From: the human T2T-CHM13v2.0 reference genome, Homo sapiens
Length of the DNA: 64,000 nucleotides
Assembly (NCBI RefSeq): GCF_009914755.1
Contig: NC_060927.1
Reading direction: 5' to 3' (one strand)
In this document: piece by piece, positions 1 through 10,757 of the stretch
Layout: each line of letters starts with the position of its first letter
Numbering within the stretch: position 1 is the first letter of the stretch
The notes under the pieces: generated by a model
Database searches by the model: none
What the model was told of the DNA's origin: nothing
What the model saw: the letters and a program-made list of their open reading frames with translations, nothing else
Made by a program: the position numbers and the translations under genes

Positions 1-653
1 ACTGCTTACTACACCTGGTTGTGAATTATTGTTGTAGAATTTCAGTATAAATCAAGATCCCCAGTCTTAAACTAAAGTCTGATGTTCAGCCCAGAGGAGG
101 CATGGAACGATAGAAGTTTATCTGGATAGCCAGAGGGCAACAGGAAAATGATGTTAACTTGCCTTGTGAAGAAAGGTAGTAGGGATACCCATACTGATTG
201 CCTGAGCCCCCTGCCTTTTATTCTTTCCCCATGTCAAGCCATCCCACCCATCTTCCACAAATCTCCATGAATCATGGCACCTTCTCACTTAGAGCCCACT
301 GTCTCTTCAATGCCCTCAGTATAATAAAGCGTCCCCATGAATTGCCCCACAACCTTCTCTAGCTTTACTTGCATAGTCTACCCCCTCCAAAAGACCCATG
401 ATCCAGTCACTGTTCCCCACATGGTTCCCCTGATCTTTCAGGCCTCCGAGCATTCCTCAAACTGTTGTCTGCACAATTGAGCTTCCTTTCCCTCACATAC
501 AGTTCTAACAATATTCTTGCTATTATTTGTGATCTAGCTCAAATCAAAAATCCTCTAAGAAATGTCCCCACTTCAAATCAAAATTAATCTTTTATTCCAT
601 TTATGTTTATAGCACTATGGACTATATTTGTATTTCCTCTTTCATTCACTCAC

Positions 654-1051
654 TGATGCATACTGAATTCCATTCCCCCCACAATTCCTACATTAAAGTG
701 CTTACTCCCAACATGACTATATTTCAGGAGGTGATTAAGGCTAAACTAGATCATAAGGATGTGGCCCTAATACAATAGAACTGATGTCCTTATAATAAGG
801 AGAAAAGATACTAGAGACCTCTCTCTCTCTTTCCTGCCCCCAACTCCAAGCACACAGAGAAAGAACCATGTAAGGATACAGGAAGAAAGTGGCTGTTTGC
901 AAGCCAAGGAGAGAGGCTTTCAGAGAAACCAAACCTGCTGGCACCTTGATCTTAGACTTCCAGCCCCCGGAACTGTGAGAAAATAAATTCCTGTTGTTTA
1001 AGCCACTCAATGTTTGATATTTTGTTAGGGCAGCCGGAGCAGGCTAACACA
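654..1051 (+). mobile_element. MaLR solo LTR, MLT1A/B-like
   Basis: Hallmark MLT1 3' half: gcaagccaaggagagagg...cctgctggcaccttgatcttagacttccagc...gaactgtgagaaaataaattcctgttgtttaagcca...gctaacaca. Confidence 0.85.
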
Positions 1052-2644
1052 TTTAGCAAACTTGTGTCAGGAAACTAATATATATTAGACCTCTTGATCA
1101 TGCCCCCTGTGTAACATTGCCAGCTGTGCATCAGTGTAACTGCCCAACGGGAAGCTCTTTGTGGAGCGGTAAGGCTCAGAGCCAAGCACATGCCTTCTGC
1201 AGACTACAGGCTTACTCATCTGCTGAATTAAAACCAAATTTTGCTTAAACTACGTGTTGGCCCTGGAGAAGAGGAAGACATTTGCAGTATGATAGACAAT
1301 ACTGCCTTTCCTCAGGGCACATTTCAGCTCCTCTTCTGAGCATCCCACTGCACATGTTTACCTCATTTTTTCTGCCTGAGCCCTCCTGGCTCCTGAACTA
1401 AGAAACTTCTAAGCTAACGGAGCACAGTCCATGAATTGATTTCTAACCATGGCCATGGGTGCTGGCTTCCTCTTACCACGCAGTCTAAGAAAGACAAAAG
1501 CATTTGAAATCCACTTCTTTTTCTCCAATGTAGACCCTCCTTTTCTTCGTTTTAACAATTCAGTTTGTTTTCACATTTGGAAAAGAAAAAATGAGATGCA
1601 CAAAATTCCCCTCTTTCTCTACTCCCTTTGGCTTTTTACACTGCAAAAGACTGTCCAAGTTCAGGAAAATTGATTTTTGCCATTTAAATAATCTAATCTC
1701 CAAAAACCTCTTAACACCTAAACGATAACTTTTTAAGCCACAGCAAGGTAATTAATACTGAAAATAGTCTCCGCAGGGGATCTGTGTATCTGCCTGCCCA
1801 CATTTCCCATTCAGAAGAAATATCTAGTTTGTAGTTGTAAGTTTATGGAAAGATTTACCACAACAAACATGAATTCTATTTTAATAGGCCTTTCCTTCCA
1901 CATATTTTACAAATTGATTAACTTAACTGACCAAATACTAATTAAAAATGCATTAGGAAATGGTTTGTATTCAACAGCTTTGCTAATATTCTTGCTGATG
2001 TTTTTGAAGCCCACTGAGGCAGAAAATCAATGCCATAGAGTCTATTTCTCTGCCATATCCTGCACACTGTACCAGCTCCCTGGTGCTGATGGGTAATGCA
2101 CTGGGAGGAAAGAGCCAAGCCAGGGGGAGGAGGGAAATCATTATTTAAAGGCCAAATGCCACCATTAGCATTGCTAGCAAATTCAAAGATGCATACAAGC
2201 ATAGAGATAGCTCTTCCCTTATTATTCACCTTGTTTTTTTGTGAATTGAGAGCATCCAGTGGAACTGGAGTAAGACTGATAAAAATCCTGCCTAGCAGGA
2301 ACCCTTGTCCCTGACAATCATGCAAACACTGCTCATTCCAAACACTCCTCTTGCTGAGAAAACACTTTCTTCTCCTGAGAGCCAGGCCCAGTTGCATCCT
2401 GTCCTTAAAGCAGGAACTCTTATTCTGGAGTTTGAGGACAAGCTTCTGCAAATCTGTGAAGCTCCTGAATTTTGAATGTAGAGCACATTTTGGAGAGAGG
2501 ATGCATAGCTTTCAACAGATCTTAAATATACCTGTGAGTCCAGAAACATCAGGAATGAAAATTCTCCCCATCTCAGTCCTCTAATTGCACTGGCTTATTG
2601 CCTTCCTGCAGCTGGGCAGTTGCCTTCCTTCTCCACCTTATGTC

Positions 2645-2975
2645 TCTCTCTGTACGTGCCATGTCGTATACCTAGAATACTCCCCACCTCCACTGCCTAA
2701 CTATCTCTTACTCATCCTTTGGATGTTTGATTAAACATTGGTCTGACCACTCTGCTCCAGACCATTTCCCGTAATAATTTTCTTTCAAGGCACTTAACAC
2801 AGTGTATAATTTAATATCTGTTCATTTAGTTGACTAATGTTTGTCTCTCCTCTTAAACTATAAACACCATAAGGATAGAGACCATTTCAGTTTTCTTCAC
2901 CATTTTATCAGAACATGGAATATTGTACATGACATATAATGTTTGCTGTGTGAATGAAAAATATATGAATAATAA
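2645..2975 (+). mobile_element. L2 3' end fragment
   Basis: gcacttaacacagtgtataat...tgtctctcctcttaaactataaacaccataaggatagagacc...tgtttgctgtgtgaatgaa, typical degenerate L2 tail. Confidence 0.6.
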
Positions 2976-4406
2976 ATGCATAATAAATTATAATAAATAT
3001 ATAAAAATTATCTATAATTAATGTAACATATAATAAATAAATTAATGTGTATACCAAGCCTTATTTTCTATGCCTCCTACAGCTAAACTGGCTTATACTG
3101 TCCTCTTAATTTTCTGAATTCTAAATTCTCTAGCACACAGTGACATCATTCATTTGAACAATGTTACTTTTTCCCTGCTTGCGTCACCTAAGTCTTAGTC
3201 ACTCAGGTGACCTAAGCGTCCTTTGGGACAGAGAAAGGTCTTACAACCTTTGTGTAACTCCCATATCACTTGGCTTATAGTTGAGTGTGCATTAGGAAAT
3301 AATGAGATTCACGTGTTGAATGTAACCAAATCAACCCAAATCTGCTGTTGAGTACCCCACAGCCAGCCAGTCATATTTAGCTCATTCTGTTCCATACTAA
3401 TTTAAAATAATTGATAAGGTGTTAAGTATTTGGCCTGCCTTCCAGATTGATCACCAGCTTCCTAAGAGCCCGGATTCTTCCTTCTTTTCTAGAACATCTA
3501 GCATGGTGCTGGACGCTCAATGGATTCACAGTCAGCCTTATGGCTGACCATAACAAAAAGAACAGGGTTAAACAGTCAGAAGCTATGTTTTCCATGAGAC
3601 TTTAAAAAAAAAAATGTGTAAATGGGAAAAAAGTCAAGACTGGCCTGAGTTTTCTGATCTCCTTTGCTTTCCACAAGTTGTAGCTTCCCCATTGCAGAAC
3701 GCTAAAGAACATCACACTAACTTCTGTTGGGAAATCTGAATGGGCATCCATTAGGGCTCTTGCCCTCAACTCTAACAGATAAGCCACTTTTTTGACTGAA
3801 TCATTTTATACTGCTCATCCTGATGCATGAACAATATTGTCTTCTCAGTTAGAAACCTGCAATATGAACTACAGGGGTAGTCCATATCTTTCTCATTCAC
3901 TTCCCATCTGCTGTACATCTTCAGGGCAAAGCCCACACACTTAATCAGACCTCACTAATGAGTACATTTTGGACAGATTAGGAAAGGGAAAATTAAGATA
4001 GATTATTGTATCTGGATGCCCAGAAGCTCAGGCAATGGGAATATTTCATAACTCAGTCAACAAATATCTGAAGGTAGCATCTGTTCAGTATCATTATTTA
4101 TGAGAAAGGTAGGAACAAAATGCATGGAGTTTGTGAAGCAAAAGAGATTCTGTTACATATTCTGAAAAGAAGCGATATTATAGCAACTATAAAATTGGTA
4201 TTATTGTTGTGCCTTTTGATGCACCACGCTTTTGGAGTTGGAACGTGGCAATTGTATACCTCCTTTTGGGAGGTAATGAAACTAAACTGAGTGTCCTTAT
4301 ATTAAGGTCAGACACAACTCTATCTAAGAGAGCAAATAATAACACACATCAAAAATCTCCATGTTGAGTGGTGTGCTTTGTTGCAAAACACCCATGGGAA
4401 ATCTTT

Positions 4407-4803
4407 TGTATTAGTTTTCCAGGGATGCCATAATAAAATATCACAGTCTGGGTGGTTTAAACAACATAACTTTATTTTCCCACAGCTCTGGAGGCTAGAA
4501 GTTCAAGATCAAGTTGTAAGTGGATTTGGTTTCTTTGAGGCCTTTCTTCTTGGCTTGCAGATGCCAGCCTACTCTCCATGTCCTCACATGGTCACCCCTT
4601 GGTCTGTGTGTTGTCTGTTTCCTAATCTCTTCTTTTTTATAAAAGATACCAGTCATATTGAATTAGAGCCCATTCATATGATGTCATTTTACCTTGATTA
4701 TCTCTTAAAAGATGCTGTCTCTCGACAGTCACATTCTCACATACATACTGGGGTTAGGACTTCAACATATGAATTTTGAGGAGACACAGTTTAGCCCATA
4801 ACA
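4407..4803 (-). mobile_element. MaLR solo LTR, MLT1B-like
   Basis: tgtattagttttccagggatgccataa...ctctggaggctagaagttcaagatcaag...ggggttaggacttcaacatatgaatttt...gcccataaca. Confidence 0.85.
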
Positions 4804-5407
4804 CCCTAGTTTCTTGCAATATAGTGTTATCTCCTCCTAACCAGTCTCTCCCTACCTTCAGTACTTTTCTTCTCTAAATTATACCATAGCCAGAGATTCT
4901 TCCTGAACACAGATCTTACCTTGTCATCCTCCTGCCTAAAAACCACCCTATTTTCTATAGATTATAAAATGAAATCCACACTCTAACTGGACACATAAGG
5001 CCATTTCTTATGTGTCTTATTTGTGGCTCTTCCGTTTGCAAATTAATTGAACTCTGCCTTCCTCTCTGGATAGGTCTCCCACCTGACAGCCTATGGACCT
5101 TTAATTGTAAGTTTCCTTCTGCCTGGAATTCACTGCCCACCTCCACCCATACCCAAAACACATCTACTCAACAATCCCAGGCTCACCAACCTCCAGCACC
5201 ATCATCATAAGCTCAGTCTTTCTAAATCACAATTCTGTTCATTTTAAGAGGATTCTCAAATCCTTCCTCCTTTAGTAACTATGTCCTGATACCCCCCAGT
5301 AGAAAGAAATCTCTTCTTTCTCCAAATTCCTACTGTAACCAATCTTATTGCATTTAAAAACAATATAATATAGAAAGAAATATGTTATCTTCCTTGGAGA
5401 CTGGATC

Positions 5408-5806
5408 TTCATTAGTTTCCTGAGGCTGCCATAACATATTACCACACATTTGGTGGCTTAAGCAACAGAAATTTATTGTCATAGTTCTGGAGGACAGAAG
5501 TCCAAAATCAAGATGTTGGTAGAGCTGCATTCCCTGTGAAAATTCTAGGGTAAAATTAATTCCCTTTCTCTTCTAGTTTCTGGTAGCTGCAGGTATTTCT
5601 TGATTTATGGCCACATCACTCCAATCTCTGCCTCTGTAGCTATGTTGCCTCATTTGTTCTTGGAATTAGTCTTATCTTGATAATCCAGAAGTATTTATTC
5701 ATCTTAAGATTCTTAATTATATGTGTAAGGAACTTTTTCCAAATAAGGCTTTGGGAATTAGGACCTCCACATATCTTTTGCAGAGGCCACCATTGAACTC
5801 ATTACA
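5408..5806 (-). mobile_element. MaLR solo LTR, MLT1C/D-like, inserted into an L2
   Basis: cattagtttcctgaggctgccataaca...gttctggaggacagaagtccaaaatcaag...catatcttttg...cattaca; near-TSD ggatc/ggatg; L2 3' end resumes at 5812-5895. Confidence 0.8.
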
Positions 5807-7143
5807 GGATGCAATCTGATCCATTTCTATATCCCCAGTGTCTAAAAGTGTCTTACATAGGTGGGTGCTCAACAGATATTTGTGGAATGGATGGATAGCA
5901 AGTAAAATAATCTAGTTAGTTCAATCCTAACAGTTGATAGATGGTTCACTGAATGAACAAACTGTTACTCTGAAATAACAAAATCAGTGGATTGTTTTGG
6001 TGTTTCCAAAATAATGCTTTTGAGCATTTCTGTTGCAAAAAGGAAAGAAAAATCATCGATGGATTTCTGGTATAATTAAATGTCTAAGCTAGATAAACTA
6101 CTTAATAATAATGTTTACATCAAAGACAATTTTTTATATGTTTCAATTAACATTTTCTCTCTGTTCTGTTGTATTCTAAATACCTCAGTGCCAAGAGCAC
6201 TGAAATGTCTGATAGCATGATTCTTATGCAAAACAAAATAAAATTGACTTATAGTAAGTTTTTTTTAACAAACATTTCTTGCAAAGCATCAGATTTGTAT
6301 ATTACTCAAAGTGTCGATCATTAATTATTTAAAATATGACATCATTTCTTTTGAAATCATTTATTTTGTGGCCAGATATTGCATGAATTTATTTATTTTG
6401 TGGCCAGATATTGAGAACAGCTCACAGTGCAGCTTGAAGTACACGTTTAAAAGATAATTAAACTTACTTTTATTTTAGCATAATGACATTTTTGCAATGC
6501 AGAAAAGACCTGTTTAAGTTAACACCTTAACAGTGGGTAGCACTTTATGCTCTTTAAACTCCTTCCCTGAGTTGTATTATTTCATTAAATCACATGACAA
6601 GCATGAAAAGAAGGTAAGACCCACTTAATTCAAATTTCTAATCACTGGTGAGGCTCTTTTCAGAATGTACTTTTGTAATGGTCAATAAAATCCCTTTCAC
6701 AGAGAACAAATATTCACCAGGATCTATACAGATAAAAGACTTTTATTTTTTCCTACAGAGCTTGTTAAAATCCATTCTGTCCATTTTGTCTCTAGATAAA
6801 AAAGACATGTGACCTAGGAATAAGCAATGGAAAGCTGTATCTCTAGAATTATTGATTATTGGCTTTTAGAGTTGGAAAGGGTCTTAGAAACTCTCTGGGC
6901 TTCAGACTTCGTTGAGTCTTAAAGGGGTTAAGTGACTTTTCCAAGGTCACAGCATCCCTAAAAATTTAGGACTAGAACCCAAGTCGTTGATTCCCGGTCC
7001 TGTGACTACTTCACCACAGTCGGAATTCTCAGTCATAAGAGTTTATATAAATATATATTATCAGTATATCACATGGGGCAACCTAGATAATGTGATTTTG
7101 TAGCTCTTGTGTATTATGTGGGTTCAGGAAGATGAAAAAAATC

Positions 7144-7304
7144 CAGTGGCAGCTTGTTAGCATCTCCTGCCAGCTCTGTGTTCACTGACATCACACTGGT
7201 AGTGTTTATACCATGGAAATCAGCAAACACTACAGATTAGGAGTTAACTAGTGAGGAGGTGGGTATAGTTAGCTAATTTTTAAACATTTGTTAGTATATC
7301 GCTG
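7144..7304 (+). mobile_element. MER63A-like hAT DNA transposon fossil
   Basis: cagtgg...gcatctcctgccagctctgtgttcactgacatcacactggtag...ccatggaaatcagcaaacactaca...taaacattt...cgctg. Confidence 0.65.
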
Positions 7305-7419
7305 ATAAAATTCTCACCCTCCTCTGTAAGAACAACATTCACCTTTGATTCCCTGGATCCATCATAGAGAGATGGGCTTAGAAATACTATTTTTTCTTTA
7401 AGATCTGAATGTGAATTAA

Positions 7420-7665
7420 CAGCAGTTACTATTCATTATATGCTTTACCAATATGCCAGGAACTATTCATGGGATTTTACATGTTTTGCTCTTTAAATCT
7501 GCATGATAATCCTTTAAGGTAGGTACTCTTACTACCCTCATTCCACATATGAGGAAACTGAAGCCTAGAGTTGATGTGTAATTTACCAACCTTTGCTGAT
7601 AATAAGCAGAAGAACTAGAATTGAAAACCAGATTTTGCTCCAAAGTCTTTGTTCTTTCCTCAATA
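7420..7665 (-). mobile_element. MIR SINE
   Basis: MIR core in reverse: aatcctttaaggtaggtact...catatgaggaaactgaagcctagag. Confidence 0.75.
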
Positions 7666-8311
7666 TGATGTTTCTTTCATCTTAGCTCTATGAACTACAT
7701 TATTTGAATTAATAATTATAGCCACAGCCAGTGGGTGTCTACCAGCGCCTGATGTTGTGTTAGGCCATATACAAATATAAATTATCTTGCAAAGTGGGTG
7801 TTATTAGCACCTTGCATTGTACTGATGAATAAACTGACAGAAAGATTAAGTGATTTGCTCTCAGTTACAAAGCCCAGGAAACTGTGGGTGGAATCTACAG
7901 GAGGCCTGCCCATCCCAGACCTCTACTTCTCACACTACCTCAAAAGGACTGTGAACCGACAGCTCCAACCCATGATGACATTTGGTGAATGTGACTGATA
8001 TGCCGCAGCTGTAACCTCTGCCAAAGTGCCACCTTTTGTTTTTTGTTCCCCTTGTCACAGGCAATTCTGAGGCACTTTAGACTTCTTCTATAAAACAGAA
8101 GTAGTAGTAACATATGTATCAAGGCTTTGGTGAAATTAAAGAGCTGAGCAGAGTGACTATGATCACCCGAACATCGTGACCTAAGCCTTCCAAAAACCAT
8201 CATGGTTATTGATAGACTTTTCATTTCTACTTGGAATTAGCATAAAGCAAATTTTTTCTCTCACTCATTTACAGACAGCCTCAGCACTCAGACCAAAAAT
8301 GAGAATGATTT

Positions 8312-9098
8312 TTGTTGTTGTTGTTGTTGTTATTATTTAGGTTTTTTTCATAATCATAAACTTAATTCTTCAATACAGTTAGGCATGGAAGGGAATAAGG
8401 AAAACATGGAACTGGAAGGAAATAAGGAAAACATGGAACCCAAAGGGAATGAGAGCACAAAGATTATAGAATACTGCAAGCAAATGGGGTGGAGGGGTGC
8501 TCTCCTGAACTACAGAAGGAATGGTCTGGTGGTTAAGGTAAAACACAAGTCCAACTTACTGGAATTGTCCACAGTCAGCAATGGTGATATTCTTGCTGGT
8601 CTTGACATTCCTGGACCCAAAGCACTCCATGGCGTCCACAATATTCATGCCTTCTTTCACCTTGCCAAGACCACATGCTTGCCATCCAACCACTCAGTCT
8701 TGGCAGTGCAGATGAAAAACTGAGAACCATTTGTGTTGGGTCTAGCATTGCCATGGACAAGATGCCAGGACCTGTATTCTTCAGGATGAATTTCTCATCA
8801 TCAAATTTCTCCCCATAGATGGACTTGCCACCAGTGCCATTATGGTGTTTGAAGTCACCACCCTGACACATAAACCCTGGAATAATTATGTGAAAGCAGG
8901 AACCCTTGTAACCAAATCCTTTCTCTCCAGTGCTCAAAGCATAAAAGTGTTCTGCTGTTTCAGAAACTTGTCTGCAAACAGTTCTAAGGAGACACGGTCC
9001 ACGTGCTTGCCATTGATGGTGATGTGGAAGAACACGGTGGGGTAGATCATGGCTGATAGTATGGGGCTACCAGTGTTGCTGGTGTCTGCAAAACAGCC
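8312..9098 (-). pseudogene. PPIA: Processed peptidyl-prolyl isomerase A (cyclophilin A) pseudogene, full length with UTRs
   Basis: Symbol is the parent gene. Intronless; ATG at 9050-9048 and stop at 8558-8556. Fragments [15 protein letters not shown] and [46 protein letters not shown] fall in different frames (at least 2 frameshifts). Catalytic Arg55 reads Ile. PPIA 3'UTR present, A-tail decayed to (CAA)n, 11-bp TSD gagaatgattt at 8301-8311 and 9099-9109. Confidence 0.96.
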
Positions 9099-10757
9099 GA
9101 GAATGATTTCAGAATGTTCAGCCTCCCAAATGGCTTTTGAGGTCCAAGTTGCATAACACAATAGAGAAAATGCTTTGAACTACAAAGACGAAAAAAACTT
9201 TATGTTTATTACCCATCACTGTTTCTGACCTTACTCTACTCCAAATTTGTGGATGGTAGTGGTAGACAGCCCAAAACTCACATGAAATATAATAGGAAAT
9301 GTGAAAAATGATCATGGTGGATTTAAAAAAAAACCACTTCATGATAAACCATGAGAACTCATATGAGTGGTTAGAATGAAAAGAAGGATCTACACATTTT
9401 TCAGCCAAATATAAGTTATTAAGTGTCCAGTGGAACTCAGATCTATGTCTCTAAATTACTTCAGTTATCTGGCCAATTTTTATGCCTGTATCTAGCCCCA
9501 TATGGTTCTGCAGTGTTGTGCTAAGTACTAGGTAATGACTGAGAATATGGGGAGAAAAGGAAACTTTTGTTTCCTTACTATTATTTTGTTTCCTTGTTAT
9601 TATAGTAGCTTATTATCTATCTAAGGAGATAAAGCTAACATCTTCTAAACAATCTGGGAATAATTAGATGTTAAATAGTGTGTCATCGTACAAGAGAAGT
9701 ATGTGTACACATGGGCTAAATTGGTTTGGAAATCATTGAGAGAAAATAACTGAAGGTAAGAGTGGAAAACACGTAGGGCTTGACTGGCTGTTTAATGATG
9801 AATATCATTTACATAAGTAGTGAGCAAGTCATTCCAGCCATTTAAAGTGAAAACGAAGGGAAAACCAAAATCCTAGATAGAAATGAGCCTGCTGTGGTCT
9901 GGGAACATTTCTCAAATGTTATTTTAAAAGTGAGAAATAAGACTGTAAAGGAAACATGGGTCTAATTTGAAGGTCCCAGCTGGCCGCTCAGGGGAGTTTG
10001 AGCTTAAAGGGCGAGGCATCAGGAACTCATTCTAAGTCTTTGAAAAAGAATAACACAATGGAGGTGGTGACTCAAGAAGAGAGGTCCATTCTCCCTCAGC
10101 CACCCCATGTCTCCACATGTGTGTCCCCCAGTGCTTTCCTGCAGTTCCTGAGCCAGTCCTGGCCAAAGCAGGCCACAGGGAGCTTCAGCATTTTGAGCAA
10201 CTGTCCCTTTAGCCATATTGGTGGATCTCAGCAATATTTTCCTTCACATTCTCAGTATTCCAACACTGACTCTTCAAATCTTTCCCTAACCTGCCAAAAG
10301 GCGTGCATATCTGCTGATAACCCCTAGGCTCCTGTGTGGCCCTCCATCCTCCAGGTGCCCAGGAGCTATGCTTCCTAAAGCCTCTACATTGCCTTGTCAC
10401 CATCCACCCCTGAAGAGGTAAGATGTTTACTCTACAGGCTTTTTTGGTGTCTAAGGCCTTGCGCTTCTCTTAGGTGAAGCCATCTCTTAGGTGAAGACTG
10501 CCTGGATTCACCACCTCTGTGCTTTGACCACCTTGGGACCCTGACCTTTGGAGTGTTAATGCCTGTCATATATATTTGCTATGATTACGTATTTTGTGTT
10601 TTCTGAAGAAGTACTAGCCCACTTGGCTTCATCTCCACTACTATAAACAGCTAGAGCCATCAGGCCTAGACCTCCAGATCCATCCTTCCTAGAATATCTT
10701 TTTTTTTTTTTTTTTTTTTTGTCTATCGGTTAACCTGGTAAACATTTATTCACCTCC

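Noticed and set aside
1942-2451. Longest ORF in the track (169 aa, minus)
   Set aside because: Non-ATG start, no recognisable domain and no convincing splice context
6359-6413. Repeat-spacer-repeat pattern reminiscent of CRISPR (also 10466-10496, 39153-39187, 46078-46125)
   Set aside because: Only two copies with 3-9 bp spacers in mammalian DNA and no cas genes; these are local duplications
8385-9161. ORFs of 67-120 aa including a cyclophilin-like peptide
   Set aside because: Frameshifted pieces or antisense frames of the PPIA processed pseudogene; catalytic Arg lost
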